Numbered from the stretch's first letter, positions 34,402 to 45,480 are shown. The stretch: DNA of 64,000 bases from Candidatus Anaeroferrophillus wilburensis (GCA_016934315.1 JAFGSY010000021.1:25470-89469); one strand, 5' to 3'. A program made the numbers and translations. Notes: a model not told the origin generated them from the letters alone.

Positions 34402-35886
34402 ATGAACATGGAGCTGCTGCCTTCTGCTGCCGAGTTTGAAGAGCTGGCCTGCCGTCATTCCTATGTTCCCCTCATGTGCGAGGTGGTGGCCGATCTCGAT
34501 ACGCCTTTGTCGCTCTATCGCAAGGTTGCCCGGGGCTCCCATTCCTTTCTCCTGGAAAGTATGGAGGGGGGGGAGCGCTGGGGCCGCTACAGCATGATCG
34601 GCCTTGATCCTCACCTGGTGTTCTGCCAGCGGGGCGATACAGTGACCATTGTCCGACGGGGGCAGACGGAACAGCTTGATCATCAGGGGGATCCCCTAGA
34701 GTCCCTCAAAAATCTACTGGCCGAATTTGCTCCGGCTACCTTTTCCGGGCTGCCCGGCTTTTATGGCGGTGCGGTGGGCTTCCTTGCCTATGATACGGTC
34801 AAATATTTTGAACACCTGCCGAACAGCGCTGCCGATGATACCGGTTTTGCCGATGCCTTTTTCATGGTTCCCGGTCTCCTGCTGGTCCATGACAACCTGA
34901 AGAACAGCCTGACGATCATTGCCCTGGTGAAGGTCGGGCCCGGCGATGATGGAGCGGCATGCTATCGTCGGGGAGTTGCAACGATCAGCGAGCTCCATGA
35001 CCGGCTGCGGGCGCCCTTTGCCTACGAGGCGGCGGTGCCGGTGGATGGCGACCTGAGCATCACCGCCAATGTGAGTCGGGACGATTTCGTCGCGATGGTT
35101 GATCGGGCGACCGAATATGTCCGGGCCGGTGACGTCATCCAGGTGGTCCTTTCCCAGCGCTTCTGCTGCGCCGAACAGATCGATCCCTTCACCCTCTACC
35201 GGGCCCTGCGGCTGGTTAACCCCTCCCCCTACCTGTATTATTTGCAGTTTGATGATGAACTGCTGGTGGGCTCTTCGCCGGAGCTCCTGGTCCGCAAGAA
35301 GGAGCGGACGGTGGAGGTGCGGCCGATTGCCGGCACCCGGCCCCGGGGGCGGACGGCGGCTGAAGATCAGGAGTTCGAAGCGGAACTGCTCGCCGATCCC
35401 AAGGAGCGGGCCGAGCACATCATGCTGGTTGACCTGGGGCGCAACGATGTGGGCCGGATTGCCGCCTATGGCCAGGTTCAGGTGGATGAGCTGATGGCCA
35501 TCGAACGCTATTCCCATGTCATGCACCTGGTCTCCCATGTCCAGGGGCAGTTGCAGGACGATCTTGATATGTTTGATGCCTTCCGGGCCTGCTTCCCGGC
35601 CGGTACGGTGAGTGGCGCACCGAAGATCCGGGCGATGGAGATTATCGATGAACTGGAGCCCACCCGGCGGGGACCCTATGCCGGGGCGGTGGGCTATTTC
35701 GGTTTTTCCGGCAACATGGATTTTGCCATTGCCATTCGTACCGTCATGATTAAAAACGGCACCATCTATTTTCAGGCCGGGGCGGGTATCGTGGCGGATT
35801 CCGATCCTCTCAAGGAGTACGAGGAAACGGTCAACAAGGCGATGGCCATCAGAAAGGCGCTGGAGCGGGCGGCGAAAGGATTGTGA
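34402..35886 (+). CDS. trpE: anthranilate synthase component I
   Basis: 494 aa. LLESMEGGERWGRYS, GAVGYFGFSGNMDFAIAIRT and other TrpE hallmarks. Confidence 0.95.
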   Translation: MNMELLPSAAEFEELACRHSYVPLMCEVVADLDTPLSLYRKVARGSHSFLLESMEGGERWGRYSMIGLDPHLVFCQRGDTVTIVRRGQTEQLDHQGDPLESLKNLLAEFAPATFSGLPGFYGGAVGFLAYDTVKYFEHLPNSAADDTGFADAFFMVPGLLLVHDNLKNSLTIIALVKVGPGDDGAACYRRGVATISELHDRLRAPFAYEAAVPVDGDLSITANVSRDDFVAMVDRATEYVRAGDVIQVVLSQRFCCAEQIDPFTLYRALRLVNPSPYLYYLQFDDELLVGSSPELLVRKKERTVEVRPIAGTRPRGRTAAEDQEFEAELLADPKERAEHIMLVDLGRNDVGRIAAYGQVQVDELMAIERYSHVMHLVSHVQGQLQDDLDMFDAFRACFPAGTVSGAPKIRAMEIIDELEPTRRGPYAGAVGYFGFSGNMDFAIAIRTVMIKNGTIYFQAGAGIVADSDPLKEYEETVNKAMAIRKALERAAKGL

Positions 35887-35890
35887 AAAA

Positions 35891-35939
35891 ACGGTGCACG
35901 GTATACGGTGTACGGTGAAAGGCTGAGGGGGGAAAGGCG
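35891..35939 (+). repeat. heptad-periodic array in the trpE-trpD spacer (7 x 7 nt)
   Basis: ACGGTGC ACGGTAT ACGGTGT ACGGTGA AAGGCTG AGGGGGG AAAGGCG, then the ATG of trpD. Confidence 0.75.
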
Positions 35940-37004
35940 ATGATCAGACACTATATCGAACAGGTGGTGCAGCGGCATGATCTGAGCGAAGCTGAGATGA
36001 TTGCAGCGATGACCGAAATTATGGAAGGTCGGGCCAGCGACGCTCAAATAGCCGCTTTTATTACCGGTCTGCGGATGAAGGGTGAAACCATTGACGAGAT
36101 CACTGGGGCGGCCCGGGTAATGCGCCAGAAGGCAACGCCGGTGCCGGTGGCCGGCGCCGCAGTGAGTCTTGATCGGGATGATATTACCATTGATGAGGAA
36201 ACCATCGTCGATACCTGCGGTACCGGTGGCGACGGCACCAACACCTTCAATATTTCCACCGCCACCGCCTTCGTGGTGGCGGCGGCCGGCCTTAAGGTGG
36301 CCAAACACGGCAACCGCTCGGTTTCCAGCCAGTGCGGCAGTGCCGATGTCATCCGGGCTCTGGGGGTGAATCTCGATCTGAGCCCGGAACAGGTGGGGTG
36401 CTGTGTTGCCGAGGTGGGAATCGGTTTCCTGTTTGCGCCGCTGCTCCACTCGGCGATGAAATATGCCATCGGTCCCCGGCGGGAGATAGGCATCCGGACG
36501 ATCTTCAACCTTCTGGGGCCGCTGACCAATCCGGCCGGAGCCGGGGTCCAGGTGCTGGGTGTCTATGATCCGGCCCTGACGATGGTTATCGCCGGGGTTC
36601 TGCAGCGTCTGGGGGCGCGCCATGCCATGGTTGTCCATGGTGAAGGCTGCCTTGATGAAATGAGTCTGGTGGGGGCCACCAGGATTTCCCGTCTGCAGGA
36701 GGGGGAAATAACCACCTTTTCCCTGACGCCTGAAGATGCGGGCCTGGCATCGGCGCCATTGTCGGCGGTCAAGGGCGGTGATGCCACGGCTAATGCCAGG
36801 ATTCTGCTGGATATCTTCGCCGGCCAGCTGGGACCCCGGCGTGATGTGGTGTTGCTCAACGCGGCGGCGGTGTTTGTCACTGCCGGTTTGGCGGCGGATT
36901 TCCGCCGGGGGGTAACAATAGCCGCCGAAGCCATCGACAGCGGCAAGGCGCTGAGCAAGGTGGAGCGCCTGATAGCCTTCAGCAATCAGCTGGCCGGGGA
37001 GTAG
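35940..37004 (+). CDS. trpD: anthranilate phosphoribosyltransferase
   Basis: 354 aa. [18 protein letters not shown] and KHGNRSVSS motifs. Confidence 0.95.
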   Translation: MIRHYIEQVVQRHDLSEAEMIAAMTEIMEGRASDAQIAAFITGLRMKGETIDEITGAARVMRQKATPVPVAGAAVSLDRDDITIDEETIVDTCGTGGDGTNTFNISTATAFVVAAAGLKVAKHGNRSVSSQCGSADVIRALGVNLDLSPEQVGCCVAEVGIGFLFAPLLHSAMKYAIGPRREIGIRTIFNLLGPLTNPAGAGVQVLGVYDPALTMVIAGVLQRLGARHAMVVHGEGCLDEMSLVGATRISRLQEGEITTFSLTPEDAGLASAPLSAVKGGDATANARILLDIFAGQLGPRRDVVLLNAAAVFVTAGLAADFRRGVTIAAEAIDSGKALSKVERLIAFSNQLAGE

Positions 37005-37034
37005 CATCCGGCATTCTAACGCCTGACTTCCGGA

Positions 37035-37817
37035 ATGAACGTCGTGAATATTCTCGAAAAAATAGTGATCTGTAAAAGGGATGAGGTTGCCCGGCTGAAA
37101 AAAACGGGGGTTATGACTGCCCCGGCCGGTGCCGATGCCGATCGGCGTTCCCTGCTGGCTGCTTTGTCCCAAAAACCCCAGCCACGGATTATTGCCGAGG
37201 TGAAAAAGGCCTCACCGTCAGCCGGTCTGCTCAGCGATGATTTTGATCCACTGGCTCTGGCAATGACCTATGAGCAGGGCGGCGCCGCGGCAATTTCGGT
37301 GGTCACTGATGAAGCCTTTTTCCAGGGTCGGCTTGACTGGTTGGCCATGGTGAAAAAGGTGGTCTCCCTGCCGCTTTTGCGCAAGGATTTTATCATCGAC
37401 CCGCTGCAGCTTGAACAGTCCCGGGCTGCCGGGGCCGACGCGGTCTTGCTGATTGCCGCCATTCTCAGCCTCGCTGACCTGCAGCTGCTGCTGGACAAAG
37501 CGGCGGCGCTGGGGCTGGAATGCCTGGTGGAGGTCCACAATGAGTCTGAACTGGAAAAGGTGCTGGCCACCCCGGCGGCGATGATCGGCATCAACAACCG
37601 CAATCTCAAGGATTTTTCCATCGATCTGGGGACGACGTTACGTCTGCGCACCCTGATTCCCGCCGACCGCCTGGTGGTCAGCGAGAGCGGCATCGATAGC
37701 CATGGACAGCTGCAGCGGCTGGGTGCTGCCGGCGTCCAGGGGGTGCTCATCGGCAGCAGCCTGGTAAAGGCTGCCGGCCGGCTGCATAAACTGCGGCAAT
37801 TGCAGGGTATGGCATGA
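37035..37817 (+). CDS. trpC: indole-3-glycerol phosphate synthase
   Basis: 260 aa. IIAEVKKASPSAG, LRKDFIIDPLQ and GINNRNLKDF motifs. Confidence 0.9.
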   Translation: MNVVNILEKIVICKRDEVARLKKTGVMTAPAGADADRRSLLAALSQKPQPRIIAEVKKASPSAGLLSDDFDPLALAMTYEQGGAAAISVVTDEAFFQGRLDWLAMVKKVVSLPLLRKDFIIDPLQLEQSRAAGADAVLLIAAILSLADLQLLLDKAAALGLECLVEVHNESELEKVLATPAAMIGINNRNLKDFSIDLGTTLRLRTLIPADRLVVSESGIDSHGQLQRLGAAGVQGVLIGSSLVKAAGRLHKLRQLQGMA

Positions 37818-37845
37818 CCCCGCATTGGCGCTGGTGAGGTGAACA

Positions 37846-38481
37846 ATGGTGCGAACCAGAGTAAAGATCTGCGGCTTGACCAACCTTGAAGATGCCCTGC
37901 TGGCGGCGAAGGCCGGGGCTGATCTGCTGGGTTTTATCTTTGCCCCCAGCCCCCGGCGGGTAGATCCGCTGACCGCGGCCACGATGATCGCCAAACTCCC
38001 GCCGTTGGTCCAGACAGTGGGGGTCTTTGTCGATGAACAACCGGCTACCGTGATGGCGGTGGCCGATCGCTGCCGGCTGGATTTTCTGCAGTTATCAGGT
38101 GCTGAAACCCCGGCCGACTGTCTGCTACTCGACGGCCGGAAAATCATTAAAACCATCCACGTGGGCGGCGATGGTCTGCCGGAGTTGGAACTGTACCGGG
38201 ACCATTGTGATCTCTTGCTGTTTGACACCCGGGTTGCCGGTCTGGCCGGCGGCAGCGGCCGGACTTTTGACTGGCAGCTGGTCAATCAAACCGGGGTGGA
38301 CGATCCCTTTATGCTTGCCGGCGGTTTGACCCCCGACAATGTGGGACAGGCGATTGCCACGGTGCATCCCTGGGCGGTGGACGTCAGCTCCGGGGTGGAA
38401 CGGGAGCCGGGTCGCAAGGACCCGGAAAAGATTAATGCGTTTATGGATGCAGTGAGGAAAGCTGATGACTATGCCGGATGA
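37846..38481 (+). CDS. trpF: phosphoribosylanthranilate isomerase
   Basis: 211 aa. [22 protein letters not shown] and VDVSSGVE motifs. Confidence 0.9.
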   Translation: MVRTRVKICGLTNLEDALLAAKAGADLLGFIFAPSPRRVDPLTAATMIAKLPPLVQTVGVFVDEQPATVMAVADRCRLDFLQLSGAETPADCLLLDGRKIIKTIHVGGDGLPELELYRDHCDLLLFDTRVAGLAGGSGRTFDWQLVNQTGVDDPFMLAGGLTPDNVGQAIATVHPWAVDVSSGVEREPGRKDPEKINAFMDAVRKADDYAG

Positions 38482-39649
38482 ATGCGGTCATTTCGGTCCC
38501 TATGGCGGCCGTTTTGTCCCCGAAACCCTGATGGCCGCCCTGGCCGAACTGGAAGCTGCCTATCAACAGTATCGGCATGACCCCGAGTATATCCGCCAGC
38601 TGACCATGCTGCTGGCCGACTACTGCGGCCGGCCGACGCCGCTCTATCATGCCGTCCGCCTGGGAGCGGTGCTGGGGGTTGAAAAACTCTATCTCAAGCG
38701 GGAAGATCTGGCCCATACCGGCGCCCACAAAATCAACAATACCATGGGCCAGGTGCTGCTGGCGGCGCGGATGGGCAAAAAGCGGATTATTGCCGAGACC
38801 GGTGCCGGCCAGCATGGGGTGGCCACCGCCACCGCCGCCGCCCTTTTTGGCCTTGGGTGCGAGGTCTACATGGGCGAGAAAGATATGGTCCGTCAGCAGA
38901 TGAATGTTTTCCGCATGCAGCTGCTGGGGGCCCGGGTGATTCCGGTGACATCCGGCAGCCAGACCCTCAAAGATGCCACCAATGAGGCGATCCGTGACTG
39001 GGTTACCAATGTCGCCACCACCCACTACATCATCGGTTCGGTGGTCGGTCCCCATCCCTATCCGCTCATTGTCCGTGACCTGCAGGCGGTCATCGGTGCG
39101 GAAACCAGACAGCAGATGATGGCCCGGGAGGGTCGGTTGCCTGAGGTGCTGATGGCTTGTGTCGGCGGCGGCAGCAATGCCATCGGCTTGTTTTATCCGT
39201 TCATTGACGACAATGTGGTCATGATCGGCATTGAGGCGGCCGGCGAGGGACTGGACAGCGGCCGCCACGCGGCTCCTTTGACCGCCGGCATTCCGGGGGT
39301 GCTGCACGGTTGTCTAAGCTATCTGCTCCAGGATGATTCCGGTCAGGTCCAGGAGGCCCATTCGGTATCGGCCGGTCTTGACTATCCCGGTGTCGGTCCT
39401 GAGCACAGCTATCTCAAGGATCAGGAGCGGGTTTTCTATGGTTCGGTGACCGATGATGAGGCTCTGGCTGCATTTCATCTCCTGGCCCGCACCGAGGGCA
39501 TTATTCCGGCGCTGGAAAGCGCCCATGCCCTGGCCGGGGTGAAAAAATATGCCCACCGGCTGGTTGACAAACTGGTGGTGGTCAACCTTTCCGGTCGTGG
39601 GGACAAGGATGTGGCCACCGTCGCGGCCCTGGAAGGGGGGAACTCATGA
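38465..39649 (+). CDS. trpB: tryptophan synthase beta chain
   Basis: 394 aa. [30 protein letters not shown] and GGGSNAIG motifs. Confidence 0.95.
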   Translation: MTMPDECGHFGPYGGRFVPETLMAALAELEAAYQQYRHDPEYIRQLTMLLADYCGRPTPLYHAVRLGAVLGVEKLYLKREDLAHTGAHKINNTMGQVLLAARMGKKRIIAETGAGQHGVATATAAALFGLGCEVYMGEKDMVRQQMNVFRMQLLGARVIPVTSGSQTLKDATNEAIRDWVTNVATTHYIIGSVVGPHPYPLIVRDLQAVIGAETRQQMMAREGRLPEVLMACVGGGSNAIGLFYPFIDDNVVMIGIEAAGEGLDSGRHAAPLTAGIPGVLHGCLSYLLQDDSGQVQEAHSVSAGLDYPGVGPEHSYLKDQERVFYGSVTDDEALAAFHLLARTEGIIPALESAHALAGVKKYAHRLVDKLVVVNLSGRGDKDVATVAALEGGNS

Positions 39650-40449
39650 ACCGGCTCAACAGCACCTTTGATCGCCTGCGACAGGCTGGCCGCAAGGCAC
39701 TGATTACCTTCATTACCGCCGGCGATCCCTCCCTGGAAACCACCGCTACGCTGGTGGCAACCCTAGCTGAAAATGGTGCCGATATCATCGAGCTCGGGGT
39801 GCCGTTCTCCGATCCGCTGGCCGATGGTCCCACCATCCAGGCGGCTTCCCTGCGCGCCCTGCAGCGGGGAACCACACTGGCCAAGATCCTGGTGCTGGTT
39901 CAGAAGATCCGCCGCACCAGCCAGGTTCCCCTGGTGCTTATGTCCTACTATAATCCTATCCTGCGCTATGGGGTGGAGCGGTTTGTGGCGGCGGCGGTGG
40001 AGGCGGGGGTGGACGGGGTGATTGTTCCCGACTTGCCGCTGGAGGAGGGGGCGGCATTGCGCCAGGCGGCAGAGGCCAAAGGACTGGCGGTGATTCAGCT
40101 GGTGGCGCCCACCAGCTCGCCGGAGCGGATGGCCAGCCTGTGCCGGGCGAGCCGCGGTTTTGTCTATTATGTCACCGTCACCGGTATCACCGGCGCCCGC
40201 CGGGAACTGCCGGTTGCCATTGCCGATTCCCTGCAGCAGCTGCAATCTTTTACCGACACCCCCATTGCCGCAGGATTTGGCATCTCCACCCCCGAGCAGG
40301 CGTCTGAAGTGGGGCGCCATGCGGACGGGGTTATTGTCGGCAGCACCCTGGTGAAACTGATCGCCGATGGGGGTGATGATCCGCAAATGTTGGAAAAGCT
40401 TGGCGCTCAGGTAAGGGCTCTGCGGACTGGATTGGATGGTATCAGGTAA
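39646..40449 (+). CDS. trpA: tryptophan synthase alpha chain
   Basis: 267 aa. [17 protein letters not shown] and GFGIS motifs, with an ATGA overlap with trpB. Confidence 0.95.
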   Translation: MNRLNSTFDRLRQAGRKALITFITAGDPSLETTATLVATLAENGADIIELGVPFSDPLADGPTIQAASLRALQRGTTLAKILVLVQKIRRTSQVPLVLMSYYNPILRYGVERFVAAAVEAGVDGVIVPDLPLEEGAALRQAAEAKGLAVIQLVAPTSSPERMASLCRASRGFVYYVTVTGITGARRELPVAIADSLQQLQSFTDTPIAAGFGISTPEQASEVGRHADGVIVGSTLVKLIADGGDDPQMLEKLGAQVRALRTGLDGIR

Positions 40450-40450
40450 C

Positions 40451-40492
40451 GGTGCAAGGTGAAGGGTGCAAGGTTTGTGGTTTACGGAGATT
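40451..40492 (+). repeat. heptad-periodic GGT array (6 x 7 nt) between the trpA and ogt stops
   Basis: GGTGCAA GGTGAAG GGTGCAA GGTTTGT GGTTTAC GGAGATT. The string GGTTTGTGGT is identical to part of the left arm of palindromic element copy 1 (24975-24984). Confidence 0.6.
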
Positions 40493-41072
40493 TCAGCTGG
40501 TGATCGGCAAGGATGGTTCCACGCCGGTCAAAGGTGATGCCCTCCTTTGCCAGCAGTGATTGTTTCAGTACCGTGCCGCCGCCGTATTGGCCAACTTGGC
40601 CATCGGCTCTGATGACCCGGTGGCAGGGGTAGAAGAGGGGAAAGGGGTTGGCGGCCATCACCCGGCCCACCGCCCTGGCTGCACCGGGGTAGCCGGCCAT
40701 GGTTGCCAGGGTACCGTAGGTGATGACCGTTCCCCGGGGGACGGTCAGTAAGTGTATCATGATTGCCCGGGCAAAAGGGGTGAATCGTTCGTTGCCGGCG
40801 AACAGGGTTTCATCGATGGCCGGAGGCTCTGCGGTGCCGTAGTGCCGGAGAAAATCAGTTGCCTGGGCGACCTTGTGCTGCAGTGCCGGTTGGGTGCTCA
40901 GGTCGAGCTGTCGCCCTGCGTCCAGGGGTGCCGGGCCGACACCGGGCAGAAAAAGCTGCCACAGACCGCTGTCCCCGGGGTCGTACTTCCAGAACAGCAG
41001 CAGCTCACCGAAAAGCCACTCCACCCGCTGCCAGCCGAGATTTTTTGAAACTATCACCTTCCTTGTTGTCAC
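40482..41072 (-). CDS. ogt: methylated-DNA--protein-cysteine methyltransferase (Ogt/MGMT) with an N-terminal extension
   Basis: Active-site PCHRVI in FYPCHRVIRADGQVGQYGGG, and the DNA-binding helix TYGTLATMAGYPGAARAVG. Confidence 0.85.
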   Translation of the reverse strand: MTTRKVIVSKNLGWQRVEWLFGELLLFWKYDPGDSGLWQLFLPGVGPAPLDAGRQLDLSTQPALQHKVAQATDFLRHYGTAEPPAIDETLFAGNERFTPFARAIMIHLLTVPRGTVITYGTLATMAGYPGAARAVGRVMAANPFPLFYPCHRVIRADGQVGQYGGGTVLKQSLLAKEGITFDRRGTILADHQLKSP

Positions 41073-41096
41073 CTTTTGCCGTCTGCTCCCTGCCTT

Positions 41097-42521
41097 CTAT
41101 CTCTTATCTTCCAATTCCTGCTCCCTGTCTTCCGGCTTCAGCTGGCGACTCCGGTGGGTGCCGGAATCCAGGTCCCGATGGTAATCAAAATCGGGATCGG
41201 TGTCGGTGGTATGGCAGTTCAGGCAGGTTTGCTTGGCCACCGGCCGCAGGATTGATGCCTTTGGCTCCTGGGGGTGACCGGCCGCCGGACCGTGGCAGGC
41301 TTCACACTGGACATTGGTCAGTCGCGGGGTTTCTCTCAGGGTGCGGAAGCCGGCGGCAACATTGGTGTGGTTCATGCCGGTCACATGGCAGGGCAGGCAG
41401 GCGGGATCAAGCTCCTTCTGCCGCCGGATCAGGGTGATGATCGCCCGGGCGTGGCGGGTCTGCCGCCAATGCTGGAACTGCTGCTGGTGGCAGGGGACGC
41501 AGGCCTGGATGCCGAGGTAGGCGGTGCCGGGCTTGAACGTTTGTTGCTCACCATTTTCCTGCTGCATGGGCCTGGTACTGGTCCGTTGTTGGCTCTGCTG
41601 CTGGAGATGCCGGTGCCGCCAGGTGTCGTATTCGGCAACCATCGTTTTGATCTGCTGATCTTCACCGGTGTTCTTGGTGTCAAGCCGGCGGCAGTGGGGG
41701 GCGGACAGGGTCCAGCCTTTCGGTTGCGGCTGGCAGTCAATGTGGCTGACATATTGACTGCCTCTGACATTGTTGTTGACGATCATCGTCTGACGGTAGA
41801 TCTCACGCTGTCGACTGAGTCCCGGCTGGTGACCCTGGATCACCAGGTCAATGCCGGCAACCCGGTCGAGCCAGGCAGTCAGGCTGGGGCGTTCGGCGTG
41901 GGCCATGACGATGAAAAGATCGTGGTTGACCGAGCGTTGAATGTTGGTGAGGGCAGCCACCGGGTCGGTGATGGTCAGCGGCTCGCGGTGCAGATAATCT
42001 CCATACTGGGGATCGATGACAGCGGTGATCAAGACCCTTTTGCCGCCTTTGCGCAAAAGGAGATAGGGCAAAAAGTAGTTCTGCTGCTGTTCCCGGTCGA
42101 CCAGATTGGCGCACAGAAGATTGACCGGTGAACCGGCTGCCAGCCGGCGGAGAAAAGGGGCACCAAAGTTGTATTCCTTCTCGCCGATGCCGATGGCGTC
42201 AACCCTCATCATGGCGTAGGCGGCAACAATGAGCTCCGCTTTCTTCTCCTCCACCGGTCCCGATTGGAGGAAGTTGTCACCGGTGTTGAGGATGATGGTA
42301 TGTTCCCGCCCGCTGCCGTCAACCAGCTGGTCATAGGCGGTTTTCTGCCGGGCGAGCCCACCCGCCTGCTTACCGTGTCAGCCGCAGGGTTCAATGGTTC
42401 CGAGAAGATTGCCGCTGTAGATGATCCTGATGGCCTGATCGTCGGCCAGGCAGGGAATGGCAAGAGGTGCTGCCAGGAGTAAGAGGGTGTAGAGGATCAG
42501 CCGGCAGACTGCGACAGTCAT
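41097..42521 (-). CDS. secreted metallophosphoesterase/5'-nucleotidase-like domain fused to a tetraheme cytochrome (c554-like); one in-frame TGA (42380-42378), candidate selenocysteine
   Basis: ORF 41097..42254 lacks a signal peptide. Extending upstream in the same frame through the TGA gives MTVAVCRLILYTLLLLAAPLAIPCLADDQAIRIIYSGNLLGTIEPCG-TGA-HGKQAGGLARQKTAYDQL...PVEEKKAELIV. There are 4 CXXCH motifs at the C-terminus (CVPCH, CLPCH, CEACH, CLNCH). Confidence 0.6.
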
Positions 42522-42616
42522 TGCTGAGGTGGCATGGGTCATAATGGGTGCACCGTCCGGAAGAATGGTGGCGTGTTAGCTCCTGAATAACATGGACTCA
42601 GGAGAAGTGCAAGGTG

Positions 42617-43933
42617 CTATCCGGTTTCCTGGTCCAAGGGACCAGTGGGCAGAATCCGCCGGACTTTCCGGGGCGCTGCCAGCCAGAAAGCCAGGCATGA
42701 CAGCCAGAGGGCGGTCATGATAACCAGGAATGCCGGTTCATAGCTGTGGGTGACGTCAAAAACCCGGCCGGCCGCCCAGGCGCCTGCGGCACCTCCCAGG
42801 CCGAGAAAAAGTGACAGAAGGCCGAAAATCCGCCCGAAGGTGGGGCCCTGGAAGAGATCGGCGGCGATCGAGGGAAAGAGCGGTGCTGCGGCGCCGTAGC
42901 CGAGGCCGAAGAAGGCTGCAAAAAGGTAGGCGAATACCTGTGGCTGCTGTTGTACCGCCAGCAGGGCGATGATGCCCAGAGAAGCGGCCGCCATACCGAT
43001 GCTGTTGGCGGTTTCCCGCTGCCAGCGATCGGCCAGGAAGCCGAGGATGATTTTGCCGCCGGAACCGCAGATGCCCAGGATGCCCAGGACAGCGGCCGCC
43101 TGTCGGGAAGGAATGCCGTTGTCGATCAGGCAGGCTACCGCGTGGAGCAGGGTCCCCTGGATGGCAAAGGGACCGAAGAAGAAACCCGCTGCCAGCAGCC
43201 AGAACCGTCGGGTGCGCAGGGCTTTCCCAGCATCCCAGCTGGTGTCAGCCCAGTCATGGTCAAGGACAACCATTCTTTTGCTCCGGGTTGCCGGGCTGCC
43301 TGCCGGCGCTGGTGCCCGGGTGCCATCCGGTACGGTGCCCACCTGCCGGGGATCCCGGCGCTGCAGGAGGATATTAAGGGGAATGGCCACCAGCATCAGC
43401 AGGGCGAGGACGCGGTAGGCGGCCCGCCAGCCATGGCTGGCGATGATATGTTCCATCCCCGGCGGGATGAGCAGCATACCCAGGCCGATGCCGGACATGG
43501 CCATGCCGACCGCCAGCCCCCGGCGGCGGATAAACCAACGGGGCAGCAGGGCGGCATGGGGGACAAAACCCATAAAGCTGACCCCGGCCGCGGCGCCGAT
43601 GCCGTAGCTGAGATAAAAGTGCGGCAGGGTGGTGGCCCGGGAAACGGCAAACAGGGCAATGCTCAGCCAGAGGGCGCCGGCAGGAATCAGCCAGCGGGGG
43701 CCGTAGCGGTCGACCATGATGCCGGCGACCATGGCACATAGATAGTGACTGATGATGAAGAGGCTGAAAATGCTTGCCGTGGCGCTGCGGTTCCAGCCAA
43801 AATCTTTAATGATGGCGACGAAAAAGACCGAGAAGGAGTACCAGACGCCAAAGGAGAGACCGAGGGTTACAAAAGAAACGGCGACGATGATCCAGCCGTA
43901 ATAAAAGGGCAGGTGGCGGGGCAACTTTTTCAT
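42617..43933 (-). CDS. MFS transporter (oxalate/formate antiporter-like)
   Basis: Start at MKKLPRHLPFYYGWIIVAVSF (43933) within ORF 42617..44143. About 12 TM segments, with the MFS loop motif DRYGPRW. Confidence 0.85.
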   Translation of the reverse strand: MKKLPRHLPFYYGWIIVAVSFVTLGLSFGVWYSFSVFFVAIIKDFGWNRSATASIFSLFIISHYLCAMVAGIMVDRYGPRWLIPAGALWLSIALFAVSRATTLPHFYLSYGIGAAAGVSFMGFVPHAALLPRWFIRRRGLAVGMAMSGIGLGMLLIPPGMEHIIASHGWRAAYRVLALLMLVAIPLNILLQRRDPRQVGTVPDGTRAPAPAGSPATRSKRMVVLDHDWADTSWDAGKALRTRRFWLLAAGFFFGPFAIQGTLLHAVACLIDNGIPSRQAAAVLGILGICGSGGKIILGFLADRWQRETANSIGMAAASLGIIALLAVQQQPQVFAYLFAAFFGLGYGAAAPLFPSIAADLFQGPTFGRIFGLLSLFLGLGGAAGAWAAGRVFDVTHSYEPAFLVIMTALWLSCLAFWLAAPRKVRRILPTGPLDQETG

Positions 43934-44084
43934 TGCGAAATCGTTCTGGTGGGTTATAATCAGCCGTTGGTGGCGGTCCCTAATGGGGTCATCGGTTATC
44001 TGTTGTTGGTGTCTATCAGTTTCGGTAGGATTGTGGCAATGATTATGTTGAACTTCTTTTTCCCGTTTGTCAGATATGGAGATA

Positions 44085-45278
44085 ATGATGGTGTGCAATG
44101 GCCGGCGATGTCTGCTGTTTGTGCTGTTTATTGTGATTCTCATGGGTGGTTGTAAAACAATGGAGTCCTGCGGGGTGCCCGCCGGGTCTCCCTACCGGAA
44201 CCCGGCAGAGCTGGAACGCGGTGAGATTATCCATGTGCCCACCGGTCTCAGCGTCAGTGAGGCGGAGTTTTTTGACCTGACGGCCGGCAACCGGCTTTTC
44301 TACATTGGCGAAGCCCATGATAATATCTATGATCACCGGCTGGAGCTGAAGATTATCAGGGAACTGCAGCGGCGCTTTCCCGGCCGGCTGGCGGTGGGCA
44401 TGGAGATGCTCGGCCGCCAGAGCCAGGAGGAGATCGACCGCTGGCTGGCGGGAGAGCTGGATGAGAAGGCATTTCTGGAGGTTTTTGGCCGCGATTGGGG
44501 GGTGCTGGATTTTCCTTACTATCGTGAACTGCTGGAATTTATCAGGAGCAACCACATCCCTTTGCTGGCTATCAACGTCAGCAAGGCTGAAAGGATGTCT
44601 TTGGTCCAGGAGCGGCGGGAATTGCTCGGGGGGAGCTATCCCGAACCCGATGACCCCTATCAGAAAGAGGCGCTGGCCGCCATGTTCAGCGGCCATGACC
44701 ATGGGCACCTGGAGTTGTTTTATGCCATGCAGCTGCTCTGGGAGGAGACGATGGCTGAATCGTTGGTCAGTTACCTGGACAGCGATGCCGGCCGGGATAA
44801 AAAGATGGTGGTCATTACTGGAGGTTTTCACTCGGCCTACGGTTTCGGCGTTCCCCGAAAGGTTCTGCGGCAGTGCAAATGGCCCTATGTCATTGTTGCG
44901 TCAACCACCCCTGCTGCACTGGTGGAAAATGAGCGGCAGTTGATGGAGGTGGATTTCCCCTCTCTCCCCCTCTATGTTGCCGACTACCTCTGGTGTGTGC
45001 CTTACCGTAACTTGAAGGATGACCAGGTTCGCCTCGGCGTCCATCTGAGTGACCTTGAAGATCGGGTGAAGGTGGCGGCGGTGCAGCCGGATAGTGCCGC
45101 GGCTCGTGCCGGTGTCCAGGCTGAAGACCTGATCGTCGTTATCGACGGTCAGCCGGTATCCCGCAGCCTTGATGTTCAGTTTGCCGTTCTGGGGAAAAAA
45201 GCCGGTGACCGCTGCCGGCTTATCCTCAGCCGCGACGGACAGGAATTTGAGGTTACCGTTGAGTTCAGGTCGAACTGA
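44085..45278 (+). CDS. ChaN/Tiki-family lipoprotein with a C-terminal PDZ domain
   Basis: Lipobox LMGGC. The ChaN-type motif is FYIGEAHDNIYDHRLELKIIREL...GMEM. The C-terminal segment VRLGVHLSDLEDRVKVAAVQPDSAAARAGVQAEDLIVVIDGQPV is PDZ-like. Confidence 0.7.
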   Translation: MMVCNGRRCLLFVLFIVILMGGCKTMESCGVPAGSPYRNPAELERGEIIHVPTGLSVSEAEFFDLTAGNRLFYIGEAHDNIYDHRLELKIIRELQRRFPGRLAVGMEMLGRQSQEEIDRWLAGELDEKAFLEVFGRDWGVLDFPYYRELLEFIRSNHIPLLAINVSKAERMSLVQERRELLGGSYPEPDDPYQKEALAAMFSGHDHGHLELFYAMQLLWEETMAESLVSYLDSDAGRDKKMVVITGGFHSAYGFGVPRKVLRQCKWPYVIVASTTPAALVENERQLMEVDFPSLPLYVADYLWCVPYRNLKDDQVRLGVHLSDLEDRVKVAAVQPDSAAARAGVQAEDLIVVIDGQPVSRSLDVQFAVLGKKAGDRCRLILSRDGQEFEVTVEFRSN

Positions 45279-45298
45279 GTTTTTTTTCCGAAAACAAT

Positions 45299-45424
45299 CA
45301 GCCAGGGAGTAGTTCCCGCTCATTGTCGCCGGCCATTCATGGCCGGCTCCGAGGTGTCCGCCGCGAATCACCATCCAGGTGATTCGTTAGGCGGCCAAAA
45401 CCGCTTGGAACTACTTCCTGGCTG
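45299..45424 (+). repeat. intergenic palindromic element, copy 3 (126 nt)
   Basis: Outer stem CAGCCAGGGAGTAGTTCC / GGAACTACTTCCTGGCTG (18 bp, one G-U), with the same core as copies 1 and 2. Confidence 0.9.
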
Positions 45425-45480
45425 GTTGTCAGGGCAATAATTGTCCAGGATCGATTTTTTTGAAAAAACAAGAAGGTAGC

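Noticed and set aside
42209-42463. 84-aa minus-strand ORF upstream of the metallophosphoesterase-cytochrome gene
   Set aside because: It is in a different frame from the signal-peptide-containing extension and has Pro/Ser/Thr/Arg-rich composition. The in-frame TGA read-through model accounts for the region.
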